Below, one piece after another: positions 50,236-59,115 of a DNA stretch of 64,000 nucleotides. Below the pieces are notes generated by a model that worked only from the letters and a program-made list of their open reading frames with translations, had not been told where the DNA came from and made no database searches. A program made the translations under genes and the position numbers. This DNA is from an uncultured archaeon (GTDB lineage: Archaea > Iainarchaeota > Iainarchaeia > Iainarchaeales > 1-14-0-10-31-34). Positions within the stretch are counted from its first letter, which is position 1. Each line of letters opens with the position of its first letter. Location: the NCBI GenBank assembly GCA_964442255.1, contig CAYTYC010000003.1, positions 7,423-71,422 of the forward strand. The letters are read 5' to 3'.

Positions 50236-51473
50236 GGTTTTGGGATTAAAATGGTTCCTTCCTTGGTTTGGAAGTTTTCCGCAATCGCGCGAAGCATTCT
50301 GGATGCTGCGACCATCGTGCTGTTCAGCGTGTGGACGAACTCCTTTTCATGGGTGTGCCGCTTCCGGTATTTTAGGTTTAGGCGCACGGACTGGTAGGAC
50401 GTGCAGTTGGAGCAGGACATTACTTCAAAATAAGCGTTTTCCCGCGGGCTCCATGCCTCGATGTCATATTTTTTTGCCGCAACAATCCCTATGTCCCCTG
50501 TGCACACATTAACCACCCGGTAGGGGATTTCAAGCGCCTTAACAAATTCCTCCGCGTTTTTCAATAGTTCTTCATGGAATTTCCATGATTCTTCAGGCCC
50601 GCAAATTATTGTCTGCTCAACCTTGCTGAAGTGGTGGACGCGGAACAGCCCGCGCTCGTCAATTTTGTGCCTTCCGATTTCTTTTCTGAAGCAGGGCGAA
50701 ACACCGGCATACTTTAAGGGAAGTTCTTTCCCGGAAAATATTTCCCCGGAATGCATCGCCATCAGGGGGTGTTCGGAGGTTGCAATAAGGTAAAGGTCTT
50801 CGCCCTCCAGCTTGTACATTACGTTCTCAAAATCCTCCAAAGAGGTAACCCCCTCATACGGCTTGCGTTTCATCATAAGCGGGGGGGAAAGAAAGATGAA
50901 CCCTTTTTGCAAAAGCAAATCCAGCCCAAAACGGATCAAGGCCATTTCGAGAAGCGCGGCATGGTTTTTGAGGAAATAAAAACCTGTTCCGGAGATTTTA
51001 GCCGCGCGACCAAAATCCGCCTGGCCCATGGAAGAAAGTATTTCCCCGTGGTGCCTGAGCTGAAATGCCGGGGACGGGATTTTACCCCATTTGCGTATTT
51101 CCTTGTTGTCCTTTTCATCCCTCCCGACAGGAACCGATTCATGCAAAATGTTCGGCAGGCGCATGCGGTAAAATTCTGTTTTCTTCTTCAAGCCTTCCGC
51201 CTTTTTTTCGGCGTCGGATATTTCACCGGGAAGCTTTTTTGCCTTCCGCAGCAGGGCGTCCGCGTTTTTCTTTTCTTTCTTGAGTCCCCTGATTTTTTGA
51301 GACAACTCATTTCTTTTCCTTTTAAGTTCCTCTGCCTTCTGCAGTGCATTCCGGTATGCGGAATCCTTTTCCAGCAAGTCTTTCAGCCACGCGAGCTTTT
51401 CTTTTTCGCCCCTTTTTTCAAGGTCTGCGCGGATTTTTTCCGGAAATTCCCTGACCGCCCTTATGTCAAGCAT
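50196..51473 (-). CDS. serS: seryl-tRNA synthetase
   Basis: LIATSEH, CFRKE, FRVHHFSKVE, SCSNCT and HTLNST motifs. Confidence 0.96.
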   Translation of the reverse strand: MLDIRAVREFPEKIRADLEKRGEKEKLAWLKDLLEKDSAYRNALQKAEELKRKRNELSQKIRGLKKEKKNADALLRKAKKLPGEISDAEKKAEGLKKKTEFYRMRLPNILHESVPVGRDEKDNKEIRKWGKIPSPAFQLRHHGEILSSMGQADFGRAAKISGTGFYFLKNHAALLEMALIRFGLDLLLQKGFIFLSPPLMMKRKPYEGVTSLEDFENVMYKLEGEDLYLIATSEHPLMAMHSGEIFSGKELPLKYAGVSPCFRKEIGRHKIDERGLFRVHHFSKVEQTIICGPEESWKFHEELLKNAEEFVKALEIPYRVVNVCTGDIGIVAAKKYDIEAWSPRENAYFEVMSCSNCTSYQSVRLNLKYRKRHTHEKEFVHTLNSTMVAASRMLRAIAENFQTKEGTILIPKPLRPYMNGLKEIK

Positions 51474-51520
51474 TTTTTCACCCAACGAATAAAAATACTT
51501 GCAACAAATAATTAAATAAT

Positions 51521-52051
51521 ATGGCGGAAACTGAGGTATTCGTTCTCAGGCTCGGGCACCGCCCGGCAAGGGACCCGCGGCTCACAACACACTGCTGCCT
51601 GGTGGCAAGGGCGTTTGGGGCGAAAGAAATAATTATTGCAGGAGAAAAGGATAAATCGGTTGAGGAAAGCGTTAAGTCGGCGGTAAGGGTGTGGGGGGGA
51701 AAATTCAGGACACGGTTTGTGGAAAACTGGAAAAATGAGCTCAAAAAATTCGGAAAAAAAGGCACGATAGTGCATCTGACAATGTACGGGGAGCCCTTGG
51801 AAAAAGTCAAGGGGCTTGGGGAAGAGAAGAAAATTATGCTGGTGGTCGGCGCAGGAAAGGTTCCCCGGGAAGTGTACGGCTTAAGCGACCTTAATGTCGC
51901 TGTAACGCACCAACCCCATTCAGAGGCGGCCGCGCTGGCTGTTTTTTTGCACGAGCTTTTCCGCGGAAAGGGACTGAAAAAACGGTTTTTGGGGGCAAAG
52001 AGAAGGATTGTTCCGCAGAAAAAAGGGAAAAAATCAACCAAAAAAGGGTGA
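51521..52051 (+). CDS. trm56: tRNA (cytidine56-2'-O)-methyltransferase
   Basis: [22 protein letters not shown] and QPHSE motifs. Confidence 0.95.
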   Translation: MAETEVFVLRLGHRPARDPRLTTHCCLVARAFGAKEIIIAGEKDKSVEESVKSAVRVWGGKFRTRFVENWKNELKKFGKKGTIVHLTMYGEPLEKVKGLGEEKKIMLVVGAGKVPREVYGLSDLNVAVTHQPHSEAAALAVFLHELFRGKGLKKRFLGAKRRIVPQKKGKKSTKKG

Positions 52052-52085
52052 CTGGTTTAAATTAGCTTTACTGGAGAAAAATATT

Positions 52086-52622
52086 ATGCCCGCAAAAAAC
52101 ATGGTTGAATATGGGGTAGTGAGAAAGTTTGTTGAAAAGGTTGGCGGGGAATACGCGGTTGACTTGGTGAAAATCTGCTCAAAGAAAAAAAGCGAGGTCA
52201 CTGACGAGGAAATTGGCAAAGGGCTGCCCCTTAAAATAACGGAGATACGCGCCATATTGAACCGTCTGCATTACCGGGGGATAGCATTCTACCAAAAGGC
52301 AAGAAACAACAAAACCGGCTGGTATTCCTATACCTGGGGGGTAAACAACGGCAGGATTGTGGAGCTGATTCTTGAGGAGCAAAAAGAGGAAGTAAAAAAG
52401 CTGGAGAAAAAGCTTGAATACGAGCAAAATTACAATTTTTTTGCCTGCACGGACGGCTGCGAAAGCTTTCCTTTTGAGATTGCCGCAGAATATGAATTCA
52501 AATGCCCCAAATGCGGAAACATCATGAACGCCCAAGACAATGAGAAAAACGTCAAGAGAATAAAAAAGGAAATATCTTCACTAAAAAACCAGCTCTGTGA
52601 AATAGAGAAATACGGGAGATAG
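52086..52622 (+). CDS. tfe: transcription initiation factor E alpha
   Basis: TDEEI wHTH, GWYSYTW and zinc ribbon C..C...FKCPKCG. Confidence 0.92.
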   Translation: MPAKNMVEYGVVRKFVEKVGGEYAVDLVKICSKKKSEVTDEEIGKGLPLKITEIRAILNRLHYRGIAFYQKARNNKTGWYSYTWGVNNGRIVELILEEQKEEVKKLEKKLEYEQNYNFFACTDGCESFPFEIAAEYEFKCPKCGNIMNAQDNEKNVKRIKKEISSLKNQLCEIEKYGR

Positions 52623-52847
52623 CCTAAAAAACACAAAAACATGGACACATCTGAAAATGCCTTTATGCCCTAAAAAAAGCATTTAACGAGCATTATTTTA
52701 AATAATAAAAAATTAAAGGGCAGAATCACTAAAAAAAAGGGTTAAATCCACTTTAATTTAAGATTAAAGAAGGTTTTTTATTTCCTTTGATTTAAAATAT
52801 GATGAAAAGAAGGCTGTTTACAGGAAAAAAAACCTGTTTTTTCGCAT

Positions 52848-52940
52848 AGCGGGATGGGGCAGCCTGGAGTGCCCGCCGGGCTCATAGATTTCCAAAATTG
52901 GGAAACCCGGAGGTCGAAGGTTCAAATCCTTCTCCCGCTA
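52848..52940 (+). tRNA. initiator tRNA-Met(CAU) with an 18-nt intron at 37/38 (52887-52904)
   Basis: A1-U72, GGG/CCC anticodon stem, BHB CUCA-UA|G...UGGG-AA|A. Confidence 0.94.
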
Positions 52941-53212
52941 TTTCCTGTTTTTAAGCATTTACTTTTGATGCAAACCCCTTTAATTTTCTCCTGATTAATA
53001 GTTTTTCCCTCACTTCTTATGGCTAACTATGATTTTTTTTCCGTTTTTGCCTGCTTTCCAATTTACAGGTATTTCTCACTTTTTGCATAAAACCCCCAAT
53101 AACCCCAAAATTCAGGGTTATTTCGGCTAAAAAATTAGGAAATATTGGTAATTACAATACTAAAATAAGATTACCGCAACATTTAAAAGTAATTATAGTA
53201 ATATTAATAAGT

Positions 53213-53635
53213 ATGAACCTGGGTTTTATAAAAAAAATAAGCCGGTTGTTTGGCAGAACTGCGCCAAAACAGGCCTCCGCTGAAAAATCAATATATGAAG
53301 CAGAAGAAAGTGAAGAAACCGAAGAAATCCACTCGCTTTGGGATTACCTGAAATTCCTTGAAAACACCCAGGCCTTCCACCTCCGGGCGGTTATCGGCTT
53401 TAATGAATGGGCGGACATGGATGAAATAAAGAGGCGGATAAAGGAGATATTTGGGGTTGAATACAAAAATGAAAAATCCCTCTACCCTTATGTCAAAACA
53501 ATGGTTGACATAGGCCTTATTGAATCAATAAATATTGGGGGCAGACGGAAGTGGAGGAAAAAAGAGCTGCTGATCAAGCTGAAAAAAAGGAAAAAACCGG
53601 AAGAAGAAAAAGAAAAGGAATTAATCAGGGCTTAA
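53213..53635 (+). CDS. hypothetical protein, possible winged helix
   Basis: 140-aa ORF; SLYPYVKTMVDIGLIE..RRKWR wing-like pattern. Confidence 0.65.
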   Translation: MNLGFIKKISRLFGRTAPKQASAEKSIYEAEESEETEEIHSLWDYLKFLENTQAFHLRAVIGFNEWADMDEIKRRIKEIFGVEYKNEKSLYPYVKTMVDIGLIESINIGGRRKWRKKELLIKLKKRKKPEEEKEKELIRA

Positions 53636-54223
53636 ACCCGCGTAATCCAAATAAAACTTTTTAAGTTTGGGGGATTCTTTGTATACTGCCTTAAACCAGT
53701 CGCTTTCCACAATCGGCTTTGCCCGGGATATTATTTCCGTTTTTTGGGGTTTGGTGTTTTCGGGGCCCGGGGCTTTGGAAATCCGATCCAGTTCATCAAA
53801 CAGGGGGGCGTGCTCATTAAATTCATTTAAAACATAGGTTCTGTCAAGCAGTTTTTCAATTGACGCGGCAATATCTGATTCTTTTAGGTCCTTTTCATCC
53901 ATGTAATACACTGCCTTCCAGTCCCCCTTGGATGACCAGTTATGGCAGGGGTTTTTTCCTGTCTTGAAGAAATTAACCAGGGTCTGGAAAGCATTTGGCG
54001 GAATCACCACACAATTTTTTCCGGGCCTCAGGTAAGGCCCTTTTGAAAGAACCCCGTGGCGCCAATATTTATAGGTTTTTCCGCTTGATTTGGAAACCGT
54101 CTGGGAATAACCGTAAAGTGCCCGAAAAAGCTTTTGGTAAGTATAAGAAGAGTGCCCCATTTTTTCAGGGATAATAAATTTGTATTGGATGAAAAAGCCT
54201 TTTTGAGCCAAAGGACCCCCCAC
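53621..54223 (-). CDS. hypothetical protein
   Basis: 200-aa ORF with globular composition. Confidence 0.65.
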   Translation of the reverse strand: MGGPLAQKGFFIQYKFIIPEKMGHSSYTYQKLFRALYGYSQTVSKSSGKTYKYWRHGVLSKGPYLRPGKNCVVIPPNAFQTLVNFFKTGKNPCHNWSSKGDWKAVYYMDEKDLKESDIAASIEKLLDRTYVLNEFNEHAPLFDELDRISKAPGPENTKPQKTEIISRAKPIVESDWFKAVYKESPKLKKFYLDYAGLSPD

Positions 54224-54343
54224 ACTTCCATTAATAGTTATTGTAAAGCAAAAACTTCTTTATGTATAAAACGTAAACATAAATTAATAAAAGGCTAACA
54301 TTGCCGCATCTGCACTGCGACAATATTGTTTCCGCAAACTAAA

Positions 54344-54625
54344 CTATCTTCTTCGGGCGTGTGGGCGCTCTTCCTGGGATGATGTGCCTTTTGCAGAAGA
54401 AACAAGGACAATGTCTTTTGTTGATTTGACGTTTTTGTATGGAATGCTTTTTTCGCTGATTATTTTCTTTGCTTCCTGCTTGGTTTTTGCCTTCAATGGT
54501 TCAGTGGTAATGGTTTCAATTTTTCCTTTCTCAAGATTTATCACAAGGTCGTAAACCTTGCCTTTGTGTTCAGCGGTTTCCGTGTATATGTCCATCCCAA
54601 AAAGTTTAGACAATCTCGTCGTCAT
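54344..54625 (-). CDS. PRC-barrel domain protein
   Basis: LSKLFGMDIYT...GKVYDLVIN...GKI pattern. Confidence 0.88.
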   Translation of the reverse strand: MTTRLSKLFGMDIYTETAEHKGKVYDLVINLEKGKIETITTEPLKAKTKQEAKKIISEKSIPYKNVKSTKDIVLVSSAKGTSSQEERPHARRR

Positions 54626-54844
54626 GAATAGGCCTCCATTTAATTGTATTAAGTAAGTCTAATCTCATATTTAAGGGTTTGCCCCTTTTAAGGCTAAAAC
54701 CGGTTTTTTTCAACAAGGAAAGGGAGTTATACATAAATAATATCCCAAAACCGGGAGAGTTCCCCTGGAGACGGGGGCAGGGGAGGGGAGTATACATAAC
54801 ATTTTTAATAAATTTGAGCCCAACGCAAAAGAAGAGAACCCCTG

Positions 54845-55711
54845 TTAATTAGTGGAACTGCGGGGGCGGGTCAGGCCGTCTAAAGGGCTGCGCACTTTTT
54901 TTAATTCATCGGTTGAAACTTTGGTGTAAATTTGAGTTGTGTTTAATGCGGCATGCCCGAGAAGCTCCTGTATTTTTCGTATATTTTCCCCGGCTTCCAG
55001 CAGGTGGGTTGCGTAAGAGTGGCGGAGGGAATGGGGGGTGACGTGCTTGTGTATGCCTGCTTTTAGGGAGGCGCGCTTCACAATCCGTTGGATTGTGTCA
55101 GGGGTAATGGGCTTGCCGTTTTTTTTGGTGAACACGAGTTCCCCCTGAACCTTCCTTCTTTTCAGGTATTTTTTGAATCCTGAAATCCAGCGTTTTGCCA
55201 GAATTATTACCCTGTCTTTTTTTCCTTTCCCGCCCCTTACCATTGCAATTCCCTCACCCAATTCTAAGTCGTCAAGGCGTATTTTTGCGCACTCGCTTAC
55301 CCGAACCCCTGAAGAGTAAAGAAACTCAATAATAAGGCGGTCGCGGCCCCGTTTTGCCGATTTTATCAGCGCCTTTATTTCAGCCCTGGAAAGCACGGTG
55401 GGGAGCTTTTTTTCTTTTCGCGGAATCTTCACTTCATCCGCAATCTTCATTTTAAGGAATGAATGGAAAAAGAATTTGAGTGCGGAGTGGATTAAGGCAA
55501 GGGACGCGTTTGAAAGGCCGTCTTTTTCTTTTTTTTTGGCAAGGTATGCGATAATGTCATCCCTTGAGGCTGTTTCGGCAGGCGTTTTGATAAATTCCAG
55601 GAAATCCCTCAAATAGGTTTCATACATTTTAATTGTTTTGTCCGAATAGCCCCCGATAAGGAGCTCCTGCCTGAATTTATTGATTTTCCGGGCGTTTTCA
55701 GGAAAAACCAT
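54845..55711 (-). CDS. xerA: XerA-like tyrosine recombinase
   Basis: SSGVRVSE, GKGKKDR, HSLRHSYATH, LLGH and TTQIY; no integron-integrase insertion evident. Confidence 0.9.
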   Translation of the reverse strand: MVFPENARKINKFRQELLIGGYSDKTIKMYETYLRDFLEFIKTPAETASRDDIIAYLAKKKEKDGLSNASLALIHSALKFFFHSFLKMKIADEVKIPRKEKKLPTVLSRAEIKALIKSAKRGRDRLIIEFLYSSGVRVSECAKIRLDDLELGEGIAMVRGGKGKKDRVIILAKRWISGFKKYLKRRKVQGELVFTKKNGKPITPDTIQRIVKRASLKAGIHKHVTPHSLRHSYATHLLEAGENIRKIQELLGHAALNTTQIYTKVSTDELKKVRSPLDGLTRPRSSTN

Positions 55712-55759
55712 ATATTATTTAACGCTCTCCGCCTTATTAAATTGTTTTGGGGGATTTGA

Positions 55760-56575
55760 ATGGAAGCAATTGGGGCGGATTTTGGGGCATCCACCGTGGA
55801 CATAGTGCATTTGAAGGAAGGGCGGGTTTTGAAGGCAAAAAGCTGGCGGGCTGAAAAATTTCCGGGGCTGGAGAAAGCGCTTAATCAGTTCAAGCCCCCT
55901 GAAGGGGCAATTTTGGGGGTTACAGGGGGAAAAGCCTGGAAAATAAATAAAAAAAGGATACATGGCCTAAAAGTTAAGAAAATTCCGGAACTCAGGGCGA
56001 TTGCGGTTGGCGGGCTGCATGGCACGGGAAAAAATAAAGGGGTTGTTGCGAGCTGCGGAACAGGCACCTGCGTGGTGCAGTACTCAGGCGGAAGGGCAGT
56101 TCACCTCGGCGGAACAGGGATAGGCGGAGGGACTGTTGAAGGGCTTTCAAGAAGGCTTTTCGGCGCGAAAAGCCCTGAAGTAATCGGCAGGCTTGCCAAA
56201 GGATGCAAGGCGGGAAAAGTTGACCTTACGGTTGGCGAAGTAATTGGAAAAGGCATTGGAAAGCTTTCGGGCAGGGCAACGGCCGCCAATTTAGCGAAAC
56301 TGGATTCAAAAAGCCGGAAAAAAGACGCGGCAGCAGGGATTATTTCAATGGCTTCGGAAGCCGCGGGGGTTGTGGCGTGCCTGGCGGCTTTCGGGGCAAG
56401 GGAAAAAGAGGCAATTTTCACGGGAAAACTGATTCACTACCCCGGAGTAAAGACCACCATCCGGGAGACCGGGAAAATTTTTGGCGTCAGGGCCAACTTT
56501 TCAGCTCACGCGGGCTATGCAACGGCATTGGGTGCGGCGCGGATTGCCGGGGCGGGCAAAAAGCGAAACCCTTAA
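55760..56575 (+). CDS. type II pantothenate kinase-like ASKHA kinase
   Basis: GADFGAS, TGGKA, ELRAIAVG, CGTGT, GGTGIGGGT and ALGA motifs. Confidence 0.8.
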   Translation: MEAIGADFGASTVDIVHLKEGRVLKAKSWRAEKFPGLEKALNQFKPPEGAILGVTGGKAWKINKKRIHGLKVKKIPELRAIAVGGLHGTGKNKGVVASCGTGTCVVQYSGGRAVHLGGTGIGGGTVEGLSRRLFGAKSPEVIGRLAKGCKAGKVDLTVGEVIGKGIGKLSGRATAANLAKLDSKSRKKDAAAGIISMASEAAGVVACLAAFGAREKEAIFTGKLIHYPGVKTTIRETGKIFGVRANFSAHAGYATALGAARIAGAGKKRNP

Positions 56576-57202
56576 ATTTAGCCGGAAACAGGCGAATGCC
56601 AGCAAATCAAATTATACATAATATTTTGGATTAAAAATTGTGTTTTAAAGAAAAAAAGTTTTTCCCCTTTTATTTTGCTGTTTTGGGGCCTTTTTGCATG
56701 GTTTGCCCCGGCCCGCCCGAAAAAAAACAAGTAAACCACAAAAAAGGTATAAACCCCAAACAATTTGGCAAAAAATGGTTCATATTTGATTATTTGGTTA
56801 TTATTAGGGGGTTTGGTTTTTAAACCGGTTCTTTCGGATTCCAAAAACAGTCGTTTGCGGGGGTTTTGAACCCGAACCGCTGCGGATAAGCGGAGCGGGG
56901 CGCGCAGGGAAGGCGTTTTGTGGCGGAGGGGCATTGTAAGAGGGGGGCGGAAAGGGGCTGGCGGAACCGGGGCCAATGCCTGCTTAATTTGGGTTGTTTT
57001 TGGGGACCGGTTTGCCTTGACTTTGGCTTTGGATTTTGGGGAAAAAGACGGGGTTCGGATCTCAAACGTTTTCCGGCAAGTCAGGCAAGGCATCCTGGCT
57101 TATACATAACTGCATTGTGTGTTGGTTTTTTGAAAGGGAATTTCCCCGAGCTCCGCCCCCGAAAAAAAGCGTCACCCTTAAATTCTATATTGTACTATTT
57201 TT

Positions 57203-57712
57203 ATGCGGATGTTTTGGGAATCGGGTTTGGCCGGGCTGCTGCTGGCGGGAATTCTGCTTTTTGGCTGTTTAGGGGGGGAGACGCCGCCCGAAGACAAAAG
57301 GGTTTTCCCTTTGGGCGAGAGCTGCGTTTCCTCTTATGACTGCGTTTGCAGGAGTCCGGACCCGGAGGAATGCGGGCTGCCCGGGGAAAAATGGGTTTGC
57401 GTGAACGGAAAATGTGATAAAGGGTTTTACGAGTGCGAGGTTGACTTGGAGTGCGAGCAGCCGGGTTGTTTGGGGATGCGGGCGGAGTGCAGGGAAGGGA
57501 AATGCGTTACAGTGGATTTTGAAGGAAGCCCCGCGGAATGCTTTCAGCAGGAATGCGAGCTTTCAAGGTGTGACTGCAAGTGCTATCCACTGGGCGAAGC
57601 CCCGCAGGACTACAACGGAACGCCTTGTGCGGTCAACTGCTACCAGCTAAGCGGAATTACGGGCTGCGAATTTGCGCACGAGCAGTGCAGGGAAACGGTT
57701 TTTGGGGATTAA
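57203..57712 (+). CDS. cysteine-rich lipoprotein
   Basis: Hydrophobic leader with lipobox-like LLFGC; about 20 Cys. Confidence 0.8.
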   Translation: MRMFWESGLAGLLLAGILLFGCLGGETPPEDKRVFPLGESCVSSYDCVCRSPDPEECGLPGEKWVCVNGKCDKGFYECEVDLECEQPGCLGMRAECREGKCVTVDFEGSPAECFQQECELSRCDCKCYPLGEAPQDYNGTPCAVNCYQLSGITGCEFAHEQCRETVFGD

Positions 57713-57730
57713 AAAAGGAGGCGAAGTTAA

Positions 57731-58045
57731 ATGATTGTTGTTTCTTCTCCCGGGGTGAGCGGGAAAAAGGTTGTGAAAACACTTGGTCTGGTGCGCGGGA
57801 ACACCATCCGGGCGAAATGGTTTGGAAAGGATTTTGTTTCAGGGCTGAGGCAGCTTGTCGGGGGGGAATTAAAGGAGTACACTGAAATGCTTTCAGAGGC
57901 AAGGGAAGAGGCGCTTGCAAGAATGGTTCAGGAAGCGGAAAAGCTCGGCGCGAACGCTGTAGTTGACGTCCGTTTCATGACCTCCCAGGTAATGCCTTCC
58001 GCGGCTGAAATTCTGGTTTACGGCACCGCGGTTAAAATTCAGTAA
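57731..58045 (+). CDS. YbjQ/UPF0145 family protein
   Basis: GGELKEYT, LGANAVVDVRF and YGTAV motifs. Confidence 0.94.
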   Translation: MIVVSSPGVSGKKVVKTLGLVRGNTIRAKWFGKDFVSGLRQLVGGELKEYTEMLSEAREEALARMVQEAEKLGANAVVDVRFMTSQVMPSAAEILVYGTAVKIQ

Positions 58046-58059
58046 GCGGGAGCAATTTT

Positions 58060-59052
58060 TCATTTCTTTTCCCCGGCCCACTCAATTATTTTTTTCAGCC
58101 CTTCCTGCGGGGTTGTTTTTGGCTTCCAGTGTCTTTCCAGTTCCCCTATGTCAGAAATGTATACTTTGTGGTCTGCAGGGCGCCAGTCAAAGTAGTTCAC
58201 CTTGAATTCCATTTTCATTTCCTGTTCAATGAATTCCTTGCATTCAATAAGAGAAAGCGTTTTTTCGATCGTTCCCCCCACGTTGAATACGCTTCCCTTT
58301 AATTTATCAATTTTGTCCATTTCAAACATAACCAGTTCAGCCAAATCCTCCCCGAACAGCAGGTCCCTGACCTGCTTTCCGTTTCCATAAAAGTTGAGTT
58401 CTTTTTCATTTAAAGCACTTAAAACAAACCACGCAACCCAGCCCTGCTCTTCAACCCCAAATTGGTGTGTGCCGTAAATGCAGCTCATCCTGTTCACGAT
58501 TGTTGGGAGGCCCAGGGTTGAGTTGAATTCCTGGCAGTACAGGTCTCCGGCCAGTTTGCTTACCCCGTATGGGGAGTGGCTTGGGCCGCTTACTTCATGT
58601 GTCATTTTAAAGCCCTTAAAGCTTTTGTCCTTGAAGGAATAACGTTTTTCCTCTTCAACCAATTCCACGGAGTTCACATATCCTTCGGAGTAAACCTTGT
58701 TTGTGGAGCAGTAAACCAAAGGGGAGTTGTTTTTTCTCCCATATTCAAGCACATTAACTGTCCCAAGTGCGTTCACATTGAAGTCGTATACCGGATCACG
58801 GATGCTTAGCGGTATTCCCGGGTTTGCGGCGCAGTGGACAATAAAGTCGGCTTTTCCGCATTTTTCAATGTCCTCCCTGTTTCTGACGTCGCCTTTGATG
58901 AATTCCGCTTCCGGAATTCGCTTCAAGTTTTCTTCAACGCCTTTCCTCCACAGGGAATCCAGGACAACGACATCATTTCCTTCATCCAGCGCCTTTCTCG
59001 CGATTGTTGAACCGATGAATCCGGCTCCGCCGGTTACAAGCAACCTCATCAT
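58060..59052 (-). CDS. NAD-dependent nucleotide-sugar epimerase, CDP-paratose 2-epimerase-like
   Basis: TGGAGFIG, STNKVY, YGVSK, RMSCIYG, EQGWVAWF and GKQVRD motifs. Confidence 0.88.
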   Translation of the reverse strand: MMRLLVTGGAGFIGSTIARKALDEGNDVVVLDSLWRKGVEENLKRIPEAEFIKGDVRNREDIEKCGKADFIVHCAANPGIPLSIRDPVYDFNVNALGTVNVLEYGRKNNSPLVYCSTNKVYSEGYVNSVELVEEEKRYSFKDKSFKGFKMTHEVSGPSHSPYGVSKLAGDLYCQEFNSTLGLPTIVNRMSCIYGTHQFGVEEQGWVAWFVLSALNEKELNFYGNGKQVRDLLFGEDLAELVMFEMDKIDKLKGSVFNVGGTIEKTLSLIECKEFIEQEMKMEFKVNYFDWRPADHKVYISDIGELERHWKPKTTPQEGLKKIIEWAGEKK

Positions 59053-59115
59053 ACCGCCTTAACTTGAAGATTAAGGGACTAAAGGTTAAAAAAAGAATTG
59101 AATGCCCTGACGCAG

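Noticed and set aside
52623..53212. Replication origin in the AT-rich tract
   Set aside because: No ORB-like repeats or adjacent cdc6/orc1; the tract includes the tRNA-iMet gene and promoters.
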